Below, piece after piece: positions 27,601 to 36,631 of a DNA stretch of 64,000 nt. The stretch's first letter is position 1; the number at the start of each line of letters is the position of its first letter. The notes below the pieces were generated by a model, which was given only the letters and a program-made list of their open reading frames with translations, did not search any database and was not told where the DNA came from. Source of the DNA: Dehalococcoidia bacterium. GTDB lineage: Bacteria; Chloroflexota; Dehalococcoidia; Lucifugimonadales; CAZENU01. The position numbers and the translations under genes were made by a program. The stretch lies in assembly GCA_965222125.1 (NCBI GenBank), contig CBDCTC010000006.1:408435-472434 (forward strand). The letters are read 5' to 3'.

Positions 27601-30600
27601 AGTCAACGTCCCATTCAGAGTGGAGGCCCTCGTACTTGGTGGACTTCTGCAACTGCTCGGTGGTCAGCCCTCTGCCGCCGGCGCTTGTCTTCAGCCCGGA
27701 GGTTTCGGTATCCCAGTAGCTACTCACGATCTGGCTGCCGAGGCCCGGCGCTTGTATGCCCACCAGCCCGCCGACATCTCTGACGCCGGTCACCGCGCCC
27801 CTGGAGTAGCTCACCGTGATGGAACCGGGCTTGCCAGCGCTGTCCCCATTTTGGCCCACTAGCCCCCCGACGTTGTTATTGCCGGATACCGCGCCGGTGG
27901 CATAGCTGGCCAGCACGGTGCCTTCGTTGAGGGCGACCAGCCCGCCAGCCCTTCCCAGGGACCCGGTGGCCTCCACTGCGGCCTGAGAATAGGACACCTC
28001 AATATGCCCCTTGTTGCGACCCGCCAGGCCACCGACGTAACTGGAGCCGCTGACCGAGACGCCAGCAGAGTCCATGAAGCCCTTGGAGATGCCGACGTAG
28101 CTGGCTTCGATGATGCCGGAGTTTTCGGCCACCAGTCCGCCCACAGTGGTGCCGATGCCGGTTACGGAACCGGCTACGTAGCTGCGCCGAATCGTTCCAC
28201 CAAGGATTTGCCCGGCCAACCCGCCGACATAAGAATTTCCAGTTACGTCGACGTTATCCAGCCCCAGATGTTGGATGACGCTGCCGGTATCGTCTTCCAG
28301 CCCCAAGGAGCCGAACAGCCCCAGATAGTATTCCGCCGGCCGGTTGATGAACAGGTTGGATATGACGTGGCGGTTGCCCTCGAACTCGCCGCTGTACGTG
28401 TCCACTTCAAGAGCGACAGCGCCTCCTACGCGGTACTCCCTGGTAACTCCCAGAATGGGCTTCCAGCCCTTGCCGTCGTTCCAGTAGGCGTCGCCGGAGC
28501 TGGGCCCCTCGGTGCTGTCGGTGTCGAAGTCCAGGTCGGCCTCCAGTTCGTAGCCGGTGCAGCCGCTGTCGGGGCAGCCCATGTTGGGGAGGGGCTTGGG
28601 GAAGGCGGCGTAATAGCTGGTGGCGTCAACGTGGAGGGGAGTTCCCTTACCCTCCCAGTCCCAGCGGACGGCGTCAAGCTGGGACAGAGTGGTGATTTCA
28701 ATTAGGTGGTCATTATCGGCGTCGTAATCCACCGAATCTACGGACCCTTCGTCCACGTCGGTTACGTTGATCGTTACTCGGACAGTGATCTTCTGCTGGT
28801 CGGAGGCGGTGGCGGTCAGGAGTACGATGTAGGAACTTTTGGTCTCGTAGTCCAGGGCGAGCTTGGTCTTCAACTGGCCGTTTTTAGGGTTTATCTCAAA
28901 AAACGCGGCATCCCCCGTATTGGAGGGCGGAGAGTCAACTCCTTCCAAACCGTAGGTGGGCGCCGGACCGTTCAGGGCGATAGCGGTCACCGGCTTACCG
29001 ATGGCCAGGCCAGCCCCGGAGTTCTCTGCCACATTGCGCTGGACGTTGGGTCCCTCGAGGAAGATGGGTGAACCGGCGGGTCTTTGATCGCCGAACTCCT
29101 CCCAGGTGGCTTTGCCGTCGTTGTCGAAGTCCACCTTAAGAACCGGGTAGTTGAACTCCGAGCCGAAGTCCCATGGGTCGTCCACGTCAGTGGCGAGGTC
29201 GTTGTCCTCGTCGGCGTTGTCCCAGTCGATGTTCCAGTCGGCGTAAATGTCCGAGCCGGTCCCATACTCGGTGGGGCTTCTCAGTTCGGCGGTGGTCTTG
29301 CCCACACCGTCGGCGGCGCTGACCGTCTGCCTGGAGGTTTCCGTGTTCCAATAGCTGTTGGTGACAGTGCCGCTTCGATCCCATCCCACCAACCCGCCAT
29401 ATGGCTGCGGGGCGCTTACCTTGCCGGTGGAGTAGCTGCCGGTAACGCTGCCGTCAGCCAGCATACCCACCAGCCCGCCAGCCATGTAGGTGCCGGTCAC
29501 ATCACCGGTGGAGTAAGAGGCCGTTATGCGGCCGCGGTAATTGGCGCCCGCCAAGCCGCCGACATAGCTATTCCGGCTGGGGTCGTTGAGCGCGTTGGCT
29601 TGAGAATAGCTGGCGTGGATGGAGCCTGTGTTATAGCCCACCAGTCCGCCCAGGTCTCTGGAACTGCTGACGGAGCCGGAACTGTAGCTGACCTCGATGA
29701 TACCGGCGTTATAGCCCGCCAGTCCGCCCACGATGGAGTCGCCCTCAATGTCCCCGGCAACTCCGATGCGCTGAACCATGCCGCTATTCCTAACGAATCC
29801 GACCAGTCCGCCCACTCGGTTCTTCCCGGTTACCTGTACGCCCTCCAGCTTCAGTCCGTAAACTCTACCGCCGATAACGCCGAACAGTCCCTGATAGTCC
29901 TCAGTGGGCCGTTGGATGTGCAGGTTGGAAATGGTGTATTGATTGCCTGCGAAGACGCCGGTGTACGGATGGTAGAGGCCGCCGATGGACTGCCAGCCTT
30001 TGCCGGCGTTCCAGTAGTCATCGCCGGAGCTGGGCCCCTCGGTGCTGTCGGTGTCGAAGTCCAGGTTCGCCACCAGCTCATATCCCTTGCAGCCGCTGTC
30101 GGGGCAGCCCATGTTGGGCTTGGGCCTGGGGAAGCCCCTGAAATAGGCAGCGGCGTCGGCCCGCGCCGGGATTCCGTCGCTGTCCAGGTCGTGGCGGATG
30201 GCGTCTAAGTGGGCCAGGGTGGTGATATCGATGAAGCCATTATCATCGGCGTCATAGTCCACCGACACCCCGGACCCTTCGTCCACGTCGGTTACGTTGA
30301 TGGTCACCTCAATGCTGTCGGTCTCCCCGGCGGTGTCGGTGGCGGTCAGGTCTATGGTGTAGGAACTTTTGGTCTCGTAGTCCAGGTTGAGCTTGGTCCT
30401 CAGCTGTCCGGTGGCGGGGTCCACTGTAAAATAATGGTGGTCGCCGCTGCTCATGGTTTCCAGGTGGTAGACCATCTCCCGGCTCCCGCCGTCGCGGTCG
30501 GTGGCGACCAGGGGACGGCCGAGGGCCACGCCGGGCAGGGCGTCCTCCGCCACGGTGCGTTTGGCGGAATCCCCGGCCCTGAAGATCGGCGGCATGATGC

Positions 30601-33600
30601 GATCCTGACTGCCGAACTCCTGCCAAGTGGCCCGGCCGTCGTCGTTGTAGTCCGCCTTCAGCAACGGGTAATGGCTGTCCAACCCGAAGTCCCACGGGGC
30701 ATCGCCGTCGCCATCGCCGTTCAGGTCCAGGTTCCAAGCGGCGTAGATACCCCTGTAGCCTGTGAGCCCTTTCAGCTCGGCGGATGTCTTGCTTAATCGG
30801 GCGGGGACATTCGTCCCATGACCGGCTCCTGCCACTGCTGAGGAGGTTTGAACGTCCCAGTAGCTGTTGACGAAGCCGCCGCCTGCCATCCAACCCACCA
30901 GCCCGCCCGCAAATCTGCCAGCCACTCTCACAGTGGTGTAGCTGGCTGCGACACTGCCAAGGTTATAGCCCACCAACCCGCCAGCGGCAATGTCGGCGCT
31001 CGCTTTCCCGGTGGCGTAGCTGGCTCTTATAGAGCCACGATGGTCTCCAACGAGACCGCCAGCCCATCCTCTAACCCCCAGCAGCGTGGTGGCGGCGATG
31101 TCTTTGGCGGTCACCTCGACTTGGGCGTAGCTGGCCTGGACCGTCCCATAGTTCAAGCCAATCAGCCCCCCGGCGACGGCTCCGGTCACCGAGCCGGCAA
31201 AATAGCTGGCCGTGACGGTGCTGCCCAGCATATTGCTGCCCACCAGGCCACCGGCTGAGGCTTCTCCGCCGTTGACGGAGCCAGTAGCGTAACTGCTCCG
31301 AATCGAACTGGACGCCCTAGTTCGTCCAGTCAGGGCGCCGGTGCTGGCGCCGCCGGTTATGTCCACATTCTCCAGCCCCAAGTTGCGAACCGCCCCCTGG
31401 ATATCTCCGAACAGGCCTTGGAAGCCGTCGGCAGCGTCGGGACGATTGATGAATAGATTGGAAATAACGTGCCTGTTGCCCTCGAAGACGCTGGTGTACG
31501 GGCCGGAATTGTCGCCGATGGACTGCCAGCCCTTGCCGCCGTTCCAGTAGGCGTCGCCGGAGCTGGGCCCCTCGGTGCTGTCGGTGTCGAAGTCCAGGTT
31601 GCCCATCAACTCGTATCCCTTGCAGCCGCTGTCGGGGCAGCCCATGTTGAGGGCGGGCCTGGGGAAGCCGGCGTAATAGCTGGCAGCGTCGGCGGAGAGA
31701 GGAGCTCCCTGACCCTTCCGGTCCCAGCGGACGGCGTTCAGATGGGACAGAGTGGTGATATCAATTAGGCCGTCATCATCGGAGTCATAGTCCACCGAAT
31801 TCCCGGAGCCTCCGTCCACGTCTTTTACATGGATGTATACCACGATGGAGGTCCGATTGTTGTCTATGTCGGTGGCGATTACGCGCATGTCATGAGAACG
31901 CCGGCTCTCGTAGTCCAGAGTGCGTAGGGTCTTGATCTGGCCGCTGTCAGGGTCTATCTCAAAAAATGCATAGTCCCTCGCAAAGACGGGGTGAGGGCCT
32001 ATTGTTTCCAGACTGTAGGTGGGCGCCGGACCGTCCGGGTCGAAGGCGGTCACCGGATTACCAATCTCCAGACCGGCCCCGGCGTTCTCTGCCACGCTGC
32101 GTCGCACGGGAGATTCCGCGTGGAAGACGGGCGGGCGCACGGGGCGCTGTTGGCCGAATTCCTGCCAGGTGGCCCGTTTGTCCCCATCGAATTTCACCTT
32201 CAGCGCCGGGTATTCGTCGTTGGCCCCGAAGTCCCACGGGTCGTCCGGACCAGTGGAGTATTGGCCGTCCTCATCTTCGTTGTCCCAGTCGATGTTCCAG
32301 GCGGAGTATTGAGCCGGGAAGCTGCCGTATGCGGTGGGGCTTCTCAGTTGGGCGGTGGTTCTTCCTTGCCCACCGAGTGTACCGGCCACCTCGCCGGCGC
32401 TGCTCGTCTGAGTGGAGGATTCGGTGTTCCAGTAAGTGCTGACGTGGACACTGCTGTTGGCTTCCGCCTTCCCCACCAGCCCGCCAACATCGACATTCCC
32501 CAGGCTGGTCACCCTGCCGGTGGAATAGCCGGTTAGTATGGAGCCTGCATTTACGCCCACCAGCCCGCCAATGCCAACTGGGTTGGCTGTCTGGCCGGTG
32601 GTCACCTGGCCGGTGGCGTAGCTGGCTAGAATTGTGGCTCCGGCATCATTTCTGCCCACCAATCCGCCGATGGATGCTGTACCGATTACGCGGGCCTGGG
32701 AGTAGCTGACCCTGATGAAGCCTTTGTTTACGCCCACCAGTCCGCCGATAGTGCTGTCGCCGGTTATGCTGCCGGTGGCGTAGCTGGCCTGGATGTCGCC
32801 TTCATTGTAGGCCGCCAGTCCTCCGACTCCGCCGAGGACGGCCGAGAGGGAGGCGTCGCTGACGGAACTGCGCTTGATCGAACTTCCGGCTGTGGCGGAT
32901 CCCGTGATTCCGCCAACTGCAAACTTAGCGTGTATTGTGACGTTCTTCAGCCTGAGGTTGCGAACCTCACCACCGATTGCGGCGAACAGGCCCGCGTAAT
33001 TCTTGTCAGGGCGAGAGATGTACAGGGTGGATATGGAGTGGCGGTTGCCCTCGAAGGCGCCGCTGTACGGCACATCCTTGCTGCCGATGGGCGCCCAGCC
33101 CAGGCCGCCGTTCCAGAAGGTGGCGTCCGCGCCGGTAATCGTATTGTCGTTGTTCTCATCGAAATCCAGGTTTCCAATCAGTTCGTAGCCTATGCAGCCG
33201 CTGTCGGGGCAGCCCATGTTGGCGGCGGGCCTGGGGAAGGCGGCGTAATACTTGGCGGCGTTGGCGCGGGGAGGCTCTCCCCTCCCCTCGCGGTCCCAGC
33301 GGACGGCGTTCAGCTGGGACAGCGTGGTGATATCAATTAGGCGGTCATTATCGAGGTCGTAATCCACCGAATTTCCGGAGCCTTCGTCCACGTTTCTTAC
33401 ATTGACGATTACCTCCTTGCTGGTCTGATGGCCGTCTATGTCTGTTGCGATCACGAGCAGGCGGTAAGAACTTTTGGTTTCGTAGTCCAGCGTGCGCTTG
33501 GTCTTCAGTTGGCCGCTGACCGGATCCATCGCAAAGTATTCGGCATACTGTCCGCCGAGGCCGTATCCGGGCGCCGGGCCGTCCGGGTCGAAGGCGGTCA

Positions 33601-36600
33601 CCGGCCTACCAATGTTCAGACCGGCCCCGGCGTTCTCCGCCTCGCTGCGTTGCACGGCGGATTGCTCGTGGAAGACGGGCGGGCGCACGGGGCGCTGTTC
33701 GCCGAACTCCTGCCAGGTGGGCGACTTGCCGTCATAATTGAAGTCCACCTTCAGCGCCGGGTATTCGTTGCTGGCCCCGAAGTCCCACGGGTCGTCCTTG
33801 TCAGTGGCAAGGTCGTTGTCGTTGTCGGCGTTGTCCCAGTCGATGTTCCAAACGGCGTAAATGTCCGAGCCAGTGCCGTAGTCGGTGGGGCTTCTCAGTA
33901 GGGAAGTGATCTTGGACGTCCCGGCGGCGCTGTCCGTCTGACCGGAGGATTCGGCGTTCCAGTAGCTGCGGGCTGTGAGGCCGATGCCCACTTTCCCCAC
34001 CAGCCCGCCAATATCGGCTTCGGAATTCCTCGGGGCGGTCACCCGGCCGGTGGAATAGCTGTTTTGTATGACGCCGTCATTACTGCCCACCAACCCGCCA
34101 ATTTTAACTGCTGCGTTGGCTGTCTGGCGGGCGGTCACCTGTCCGGTGGCGTAGCTGGCTTGAATTATGCCTCCGTTGTGATTGTAGCCCACCAGCCCGC
34201 CGATGTTTCCCCCGGATAGCGTATTGGTTACGCTGGCTTGGGAGTAGCTGACCTTGATGAAGCCCCTGTTTGAGCCCACCAGCCCGCCGATCCCCCCGGC
34301 GCCCCCGGTGCCGCTTATGCTGCCGGTGGAGTAGCTGGTCTGGATGTCGCCTTCATTGTAGCCCACCAGTACGCCGATTCCATTGCGGCCGTCCACGGAA
34401 CCGTTGACGGAACTGCGCTTAATCGAACTCCCGGAGGCGGCGTGTCCCGTGATTCCGCCAACCAGAGACTGAGCGCGTATTTTGACGTTCTTCAGCCTGA
34501 GGTTGCGAATCTCACCACCGATTGCAGCGAACAGGCCCGCGTAATTTTGATCGGTACGGCGGATGTACAGGTTGTATATGAAATGGCGGTTGCCCTCGAA
34601 GACGCCGCTGTACGGCTCATCCCGGCTGCCGATGGGCGCCCAGCCCAGGCCGCCGTTCCAGAAGGTGGCGTCCGCGCGGGTAATCGTATTGTCGTTGTTC
34701 TCATCGAAATCCAGGTTTCTAATCAGTTCGTAGCCTATGCAGCCGCTTTGGGGGCAGCCCAAGCCGTCAACGGCATTGGGGAAGGCAGCGTTGTAGCTGC
34801 CGCGGTTGGCTCTGTCGTCGGCCGCTCCGTCGCCGTCCAGGTCCCAGCGGACGGCGTTCAACTGGTCCAGCGTGTTGATTGAAATCAGGCCGTCGCCGTT
34901 GTCGTCGTAGGCGACCCCGCCCAGCAGACCCCGCTTCGGTCGGGTCCAGGCGCCGGCGCCCTCGGAGTTAAGGGCGCGTGCCCGCATCTCGTACAGGCCG
35001 ACCGGGACTCCGGGCTTAACTGACAGAGCAAAGGAGGAGGGTCTCGGTACCTCGGGATAATCCTCTGTTACGCTGGGGCCGTTTTGCCAGGGTCCCCACG
35101 CCCACCTATCCGGGTCGGTTCCGGTGCGTAGCCGGTATTGCACTTCGTAGGAGGTTGTGAACGGGGTGATGTGTTGGAGATAGGTAGAAATCTTCGACCG
35201 GTCGGGCTGCTCCCATTGGGCCAACAGCTCTCTGCTGCCGACTTCGCCGGTTACCGTGAATCGCGCGGGCGGCGGCGGAACCAGCTTCCACTGGTCGCCA
35301 AACTCCTGCCAGGTAAACTCTGAATCGCCGTCCCAGTTCACCTTCAGCGCCGGGTAGAGACTCGCGTGCCCGAAATCCCATCTATTGCCGGGCCAATTTA
35401 CATAGATGTTCTGCACTCCCGCGGTGTCCGGGTCGATGTCTTTGAGTGCATCGGTGGGATAACGCATCTGAATGCCGGTCTTGCCGTAGCGGTCGGCAGG
35501 GGGGACGTTGGGGCCAGTCGCCAACTCGGTGTTCCAGTAGCTTCTTGCAACTGACAGGTTGGCATTGGTGCTATGGCCGAACAGTCCGCCTAAATTCTGG
35601 GGGGGGGTAATGCCCGGCTTGGCCGTGACCGGGCTGATGGTGTAGCTGTTGCTGATGAAGGCTGCGGTGGATCCCTCAATTAACCCGACCAGTCCTCCCG
35701 CATTCCCGGGGACTATCGTAAGTTCCTCTCGCTTGTAGGCGCTCCCGGTGACCGTCACGCTGCCAGTGGAATAGGAATCGAGGACATATCCGCCTTTCAT
35801 GACGCCCACCAAGCCGCCGAGTCGATCCGTGCCCTCCACCTGGGCGGTGGAGTAGCTGTATTCAACGCTGCCGCCTTTTATGTAACCAACGAGTCCCCCG
35901 AGGGTGGACTTGCCCCTCACCATCGAGCCGCCGGACGCATAAACCTCGCTGATTTGGGATTCGCCCGCTGCTTCCCCCACCAGCGTGCCCACCATGTCAC
36001 GGCCGGTTACTTCAGCGCCGACTAGCCCCAGGTTCCGGATGTGGGCGCCAGTGAAGGTGCGACCAAACAGCCCCAAAAAGTCATCGTCGGGGCGATTGAT
36101 CCGCAGGTTGCGAATGATGTGGCCATTGCCTACAAAGACCGCAGTTAAGGAGTAGAAACCATAGCCGATAGGACGCCAGTTGGAAAAGTCGGTCTCGTTC
36201 CGGTCCAAGCGGCCGTTGCCGTTGCTGTCGAAGTCAGTGAGGTTGACCTCGCCATCCCCGTTGACATCGAAATTCAGGTGTTCCGTCAGCTCGTAGCCTT
36301 TGCAGCCGCTCGAGGGACAGCCCATTCTCGCTGACGGGTTGGGGAATGCGACGGCGTAGCGGCCCTGATTGGCGTCTTCGTCCACCGTTCCGTCGCCGTT
36401 CAGGTCGTAGCGAATGGCGCCCAGTTGAAGGAGGTTGGAAACCTCAATCAGCCCGTCGTTGTTGTCGTCGTAGTCGGTGGTGGCGGACTGGGCTGCGGCC
36501 GGGCTTGCCGAAAAGAGGAGCAGCGCTACGGCGGCCAGCGCCAGCAGCAGGGCGGAACAGGCTATCCAGACCCTGGTTCCCCTCACCGTCTCGCCCTTCC

Positions 36601-36631
36601 TGAGCCGAAGTCGGGGGGGGGGTAGCACCAA
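21644..36631 (-). CDS. giant secreted modular protein (GLUG beta-helix repeats, Ca-binding DxDxDG segments, cadherin and FN3 domains), up to 4995 aa
   Basis: Signal peptide ...WIACSALLLALAAVALLLFSASPAAAQS. Seven supermodules start at DYDxDxDGLI..L.QLNAxRWDL.GDG and carry many GGLVG (GLUG) repeats. Cadherin-like ...VAENT..G..IG.PV.A.DPD...LTY.L...F.ID..SGQL.T...LDYE... and FN3 ...SF.VTW.AP...I.GY..QY. The probable true start is GTG 36586 behind AGGAAGGG. Confidence 0.9.
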   Translation of the reverse strand: MVLPPPRLRLRKGETVRGTRVWIACSALLLALAAVALLLFSASPAAAQSATTDYDDNNDGLIEVSNLLQLGAIRYDLNGDGTVDEDANQGRYAVAFPNPSARMGCPSSGCKGYELTEHLNFDVNGDGEVNLTDFDSNGNGRLDRNETDFSNWRPIGYGFYSLTAVFVGNGHIIRNLRINRPDDDFLGLFGRTFTGAHIRNLGLVGAEVTGRDMVGTLVGEAAGESQISEVYASGGSMVRGKSTLGGLVGYIKGGSVEYSYSTAQVEGTDRLGGLVGVMKGGYVLDSYSTGSVTVTGSAYKREELTIVPGNAGGLVGLIEGSTAAFISNSYTISPVTAKPGITPPQNLGGLFGHSTNANLSVARSYWNTELATGPNVPPADRYGKTGIQMRYPTDALKDIDPDTAGVQNIYVNWPGNRWDFGHASLYPALKVNWDGDSEFTWQEFGDQWKLVPPPPARFTVTGEVGSRELLAQWEQPDRSKISTYLQHITPFTTSYEVQYRLRTGTDPDRWAWGPWQNGPSVTEDYPEVPRPSSFALSVKPGVPVGLYEMRARALNSEGAGAWTRPKRGLLGGVAYDDNGDGLISINTLDQLNAVRWDLDGDGAADDRANRGSYNAAFPNAVDGLGCPQSGCIGYELIRNLDFDENNDNTITRADATFWNGGLGWAPIGSRDEPYSGVFEGNRHFIYNLYIRRTDQNYAGLFAAIGGEIRNLRLKNVKIRAQSLVGGITGHAASGSSIKRSSVNGSVDGRNGIGVLVGYNEGDIQTSYSTGSISGTGGAGGIGGLVGSNRGFIKVSYSQASVTNTLSGGNIGGLVGYNHNGGIIQASYATGQVTARQTANAAVKIGGLVGSNDGVIQNSYSTGRVTAPRNSEADIGGLVGKVGIGLTARSYWNAESSGQTDSAAGTSKITSLLRSPTDYGTGSDIYAVWNIDWDNADNDNDLATDKDDPWDFGASNEYPALKVDFNYDGKSPTWQEFGEQRPVRPPVFHEQSAVQRSEAENAGAGLNIGRPVTAFDPDGPAPGYGLGGQYAEYFAMDPVSGQLKTKRTLDYETKSSYRLLVIATDIDGHQTSKEVIVNVRNVDEGSGNSVDYDLDNDRLIDITTLSQLNAVRWDREGRGEPPRANAAKYYAAFPRPAANMGCPDSGCIGYELIGNLDFDENNDNTITGADATFWNGGLGWAPIGSKDVPYSGAFEGNRHSISTLYISRPDKNYAGLFAAIGGEVRNLRLKNVTIHAKFAVGGITGSATAGSSIKRSSVSDASLSAVLGGVGGLAAYNEGDIQASYATGSITGDSTIGGLVGVNKGFIRVSYSQARVIGTASIGGLVGRNDAGATILASYATGQVTTGQTANPVGIGGLVGVNAGSILTGYSTGRVTSLGNVDVGGLVGKAEANSSVHVSTYWNTESSTQTSSAGEVAGTLGGQGRTTAQLRSPTAYGSFPAQYSAWNIDWDNEDEDGQYSTGPDDPWDFGANDEYPALKVKFDGDKRATWQEFGQQRPVRPPVFHAESPVRRSVAENAGAGLEIGNPVTAFDPDGPAPTYSLETIGPHPVFARDYAFFEIDPDSGQIKTLRTLDYESRRSHDMRVIATDIDNNRTSIVVYIHVKDVDGGSGNSVDYDSDDDGLIDITTLSHLNAVRWDRKGQGAPLSADAASYYAGFPRPALNMGCPDSGCKGYELMGNLDFDTDSTEGPSSGDAYWNGGKGWQSIGDNSGPYTSVFEGNRHVISNLFINRPDAADGFQGLFGDIQGAVRNLGLENVDITGGASTGALTGRTRASSSIRSSYATGSVNGGEASAGGLVGSNMLGSTVTASYFAGSVTGAVAGGLIGLNYGTVQASYAQVEVTAKDIAATTLLGVRGWAGGLVGDHRGSIRASYATGKASADIAAGGLVGYNLGSVAASYTTVRVAGRFAGGLVGWMAGGGFVNSYWDVQTSSAVAGAGHGTNVPARLSKTSAELKGLTGYRGIYAAWNLDLNGDGDGDAPWDFGLDSHYPLLKADYNDDGRATWQEFGSQDRIMPPIFRAGDSAKRTVAEDALPGVALGRPLVATDRDGGSREMVYHLETMSSGDHHYFTVDPATGQLRTKLNLDYETKSSYTIDLTATDTAGETDSIEVTINVTDVDEGSGVSVDYDADDNGFIDITTLAHLDAIRHDLDSDGIPARADAAAYFRGFPRPKPNMGCPDSGCKGYELVANLDFDTDSTEGPSSGDDYWNAGKGWQSIGGLYHPYTGVFAGNQYTISNLHIQRPTEDYQGLFGVIGGRVYGLKLEGVQVTGKNRVGGLVGFVRNSGMVQRIGVAGDIEGDSIVGGLAGYNAGIIEVSYSSGSVSSSRDLGGLVGYNTGSIHASYSQANALNDPSRNSYVGGLAGANYRGRITASYSTGDVTGTYMAGGLVGMLADGSVTGSYSTGKVSAPQPYGGLVGWDRSGTVTNSYWNTETSRQTVSAADGVGKTTAELRSPTEYGTGSDIYADWNIDWDNADEDNDLATDVDDPWDFGSEFNYPVLKVDFDNDGKATWEEFGDQRPAGSPIFLEGPNVQRNVAENSGAGLAIGKPVTAIALNGPAPTYGLEGVDSPPSNTGDAAFFEINPKNGQLKTKLALDYETKSSYIVLLTATASDQQKITVRVTINVTDVDEGSVDSVDYDADNDHLIEITTLSQLDAVRWDWEGKGTPLHVDATSYYAAFPKPLPNMGCPDSGCTGYELEADLDFDTDSTEGPSSGDAYWNDGKGWKPILGVTREYRVGGAVALEVDTYSGEFEGNRHVISNLFINRPAEYYLGLFGSLGLEDDTGSVIQHLGLDNVDVTGNSYVGGLAGQILGGTIRRSYVAGSVTGIGTTVGGLVAENSGIIEASYVGISKGFMDSAGVSVSGSSYVGGLAGRNKGHIEVSYSQAAVEATGSLGRAGGLVALNEGTVLASYATGAVSGNNNVGGLVGQNGDSAGKPGSITVSYSRGAVTGVRDVGGLVGIQAPGLGSQIVSSYWDTETSGLKTSAGGRGLTTEQLQKSTKYEGLHSEWDVDLIWGDDTGQDIPLGDNPWDFGSDAEYPVLNADFDDDTAPTWQEFGIQRPNEPPVFPAATTTRSVAENTAAKANIGAPVRAADPDAGATLSYSLGATEDDGHFAIDPATGQLKTKGALDYETKRSYKLTVNAADGRDADGSVEATPAVDASIEVTVNVTDVDEAPVFPAATTTRSVAENTAPGTDIGDPITAADPDAGATLTYTLGGTDGANFAVGSSSGQLQTKAALDHERKGTHNLTVIATDGAGNSASAAVEVTVTDLNEPPVLADVEFSILEGVTSVGTLAARDEDADDDTLFYELDTTTGDHDEFTLSSGGVLALKEPANREEKAAYRLRVKVRDSRNDDGDDDTGFDDSADVDVSVTDVNEPPVFPAATTTRSVAENTAAKANIGAPVRAADPDAGATLSYSLGATEDDGHFAIDPATGQLQTKGALDYETKRSYKLTVNAADGRDADGSVEATPAVDASIEVTVNVTDVDEAPVFPAATTTRSVAENTAPGTDIGDPITAADPDAGATLTYTLGGTDGANFAVGSSSGQLQTKAALDHERKGTHNLTVIATDGAGNSASAAVEVTVTDLNEPPVLADVEFSILEGVTSVGTLAARDEDADDDTLFYELDTTTGDHDEFTLSSGGVLALKEPANREEKAAYRLRVKVRDSRNADGDDDTGFDDSADVDVSVTDVNEPPVFPAATTTRSVAENTAAKANIGAPVRAQDPDAGATLSYSLGATEDDGHFAIDPATGQLQTKGALDYEAKRSYKLTVNASDGRDADGSVEATPAVDASIEVTVNVTDVNEAPVFPAATTTRSVAENTAPGTDIGDPITAADPDAGATLTYTLGGTDGANFAVGSSSGQLQTKAALDHERKGTHNLTVIATDGAGNSASAAVEVTVTDLNEPPVLADVEFSILEGVTSVGTLAARDEDADDDTLFYELDTTTGDHDEFTLSSGGVLALKEPANREEKAAYRLRVKVRDSRNADGDDDIGFDDSADVDVSVTDVNEPPVFPAATTTRSVAENTAAKANIGAPVRAQDPDAGATLSYSLGATEDDGHFAIDPATGQLQTKGALDYETRRSYKLTVNASDGRDADGSVEATPAADASIEVTVNVTDVNEAPVFPAAEFSIAEGVTEVGKLDAEDPDAGEILFYALEATGDHDYFTLDSASGALAFKATPIRKARASHDPATRTTLYSLKVKVRDGRDANGDRDTAFDDTAKITVRATDLNGGTDYDSDNDGLIDVDTLAKLNAIRWDLNGDGAVDVSANQASYAAAFPNARADMGCPDTDDNPNTPNCIGYELIENLNLDTDGSEDANSIDTYWNAGKGWDPIGTGANPFTAIMEGNRHTIPNLFIDRRVPGASLGSNHNGLFGYIGADYSPDALETATNRRVSIRRLGLINVDVTGGDNMTGALVGTNATGIITACYSTGRVSGATLSRNSVGGLVGHNNIAGVVEDSYSSADVYARRGEAGGLVGSNNRGSRILASYATGDVQSPQGDAGGLAGFNGGFIKNTYATGNVESGSAAGGLVGVNQWTIINSYSTGSLPAWYKPGGLIGKSALQPGWEDPVPPTVSQSYWNTETSGQGSSPPGGVGATTAELQGTITFTGIYQQWDDYTDLLDRAGSEMAWDLGSASQYPALKADWDGDGIETVAEFGSQARSASRSTRSVGTPPGQPAAPEIINVVQTSFRVTWTAPAAGSSTITGYGIQYKLGGAEDSAYAGVQPTPTGTVTGYNLVNRSGQSVAKGTSYAVRVRASNAEGWGPWSDPAVATTAGAAPAPANQAPVFAAATATVSVAENTAAGTDIGVPVTATDPDGGDTLTYTLGTTADDDHFAIDSASGQLQTQGALDYEGKSSYSVTVTATDGGGLSASIAVSITVTDVADTPPGQPAAPEIINVKETSFRVTWAAPAAGSSTITGYGIQYKLTGAADSAYADVKPAPTGTGTGYNLVNRSGQTVAEGTSYAVRVRASNAAGWSPWSDAAVATTAGAAPVPAN
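24265..27442 (-). repeat. ~3.4 x 945-bp tandem units (three cadherin domains each) inside giant gene 1
   Basis: Antisense ORFs recur every 945 nt (24464, 25409, 26354, 27299). The protein repeats FPAATTTRSVAENTAAKANIG...SVTDVNEPPV with only a few substitutions. Confidence 0.85.
36613..36622 (-). repeat. poly-C tract (C10 on the coding strand), 26 nt upstream of the probable start of giant gene 1
   Basis: Plus strand G10. The context CTA-C10-GACTTCGGCTCAGGAAGGG is shared with the gene 2 leader. Confidence 0.9.
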
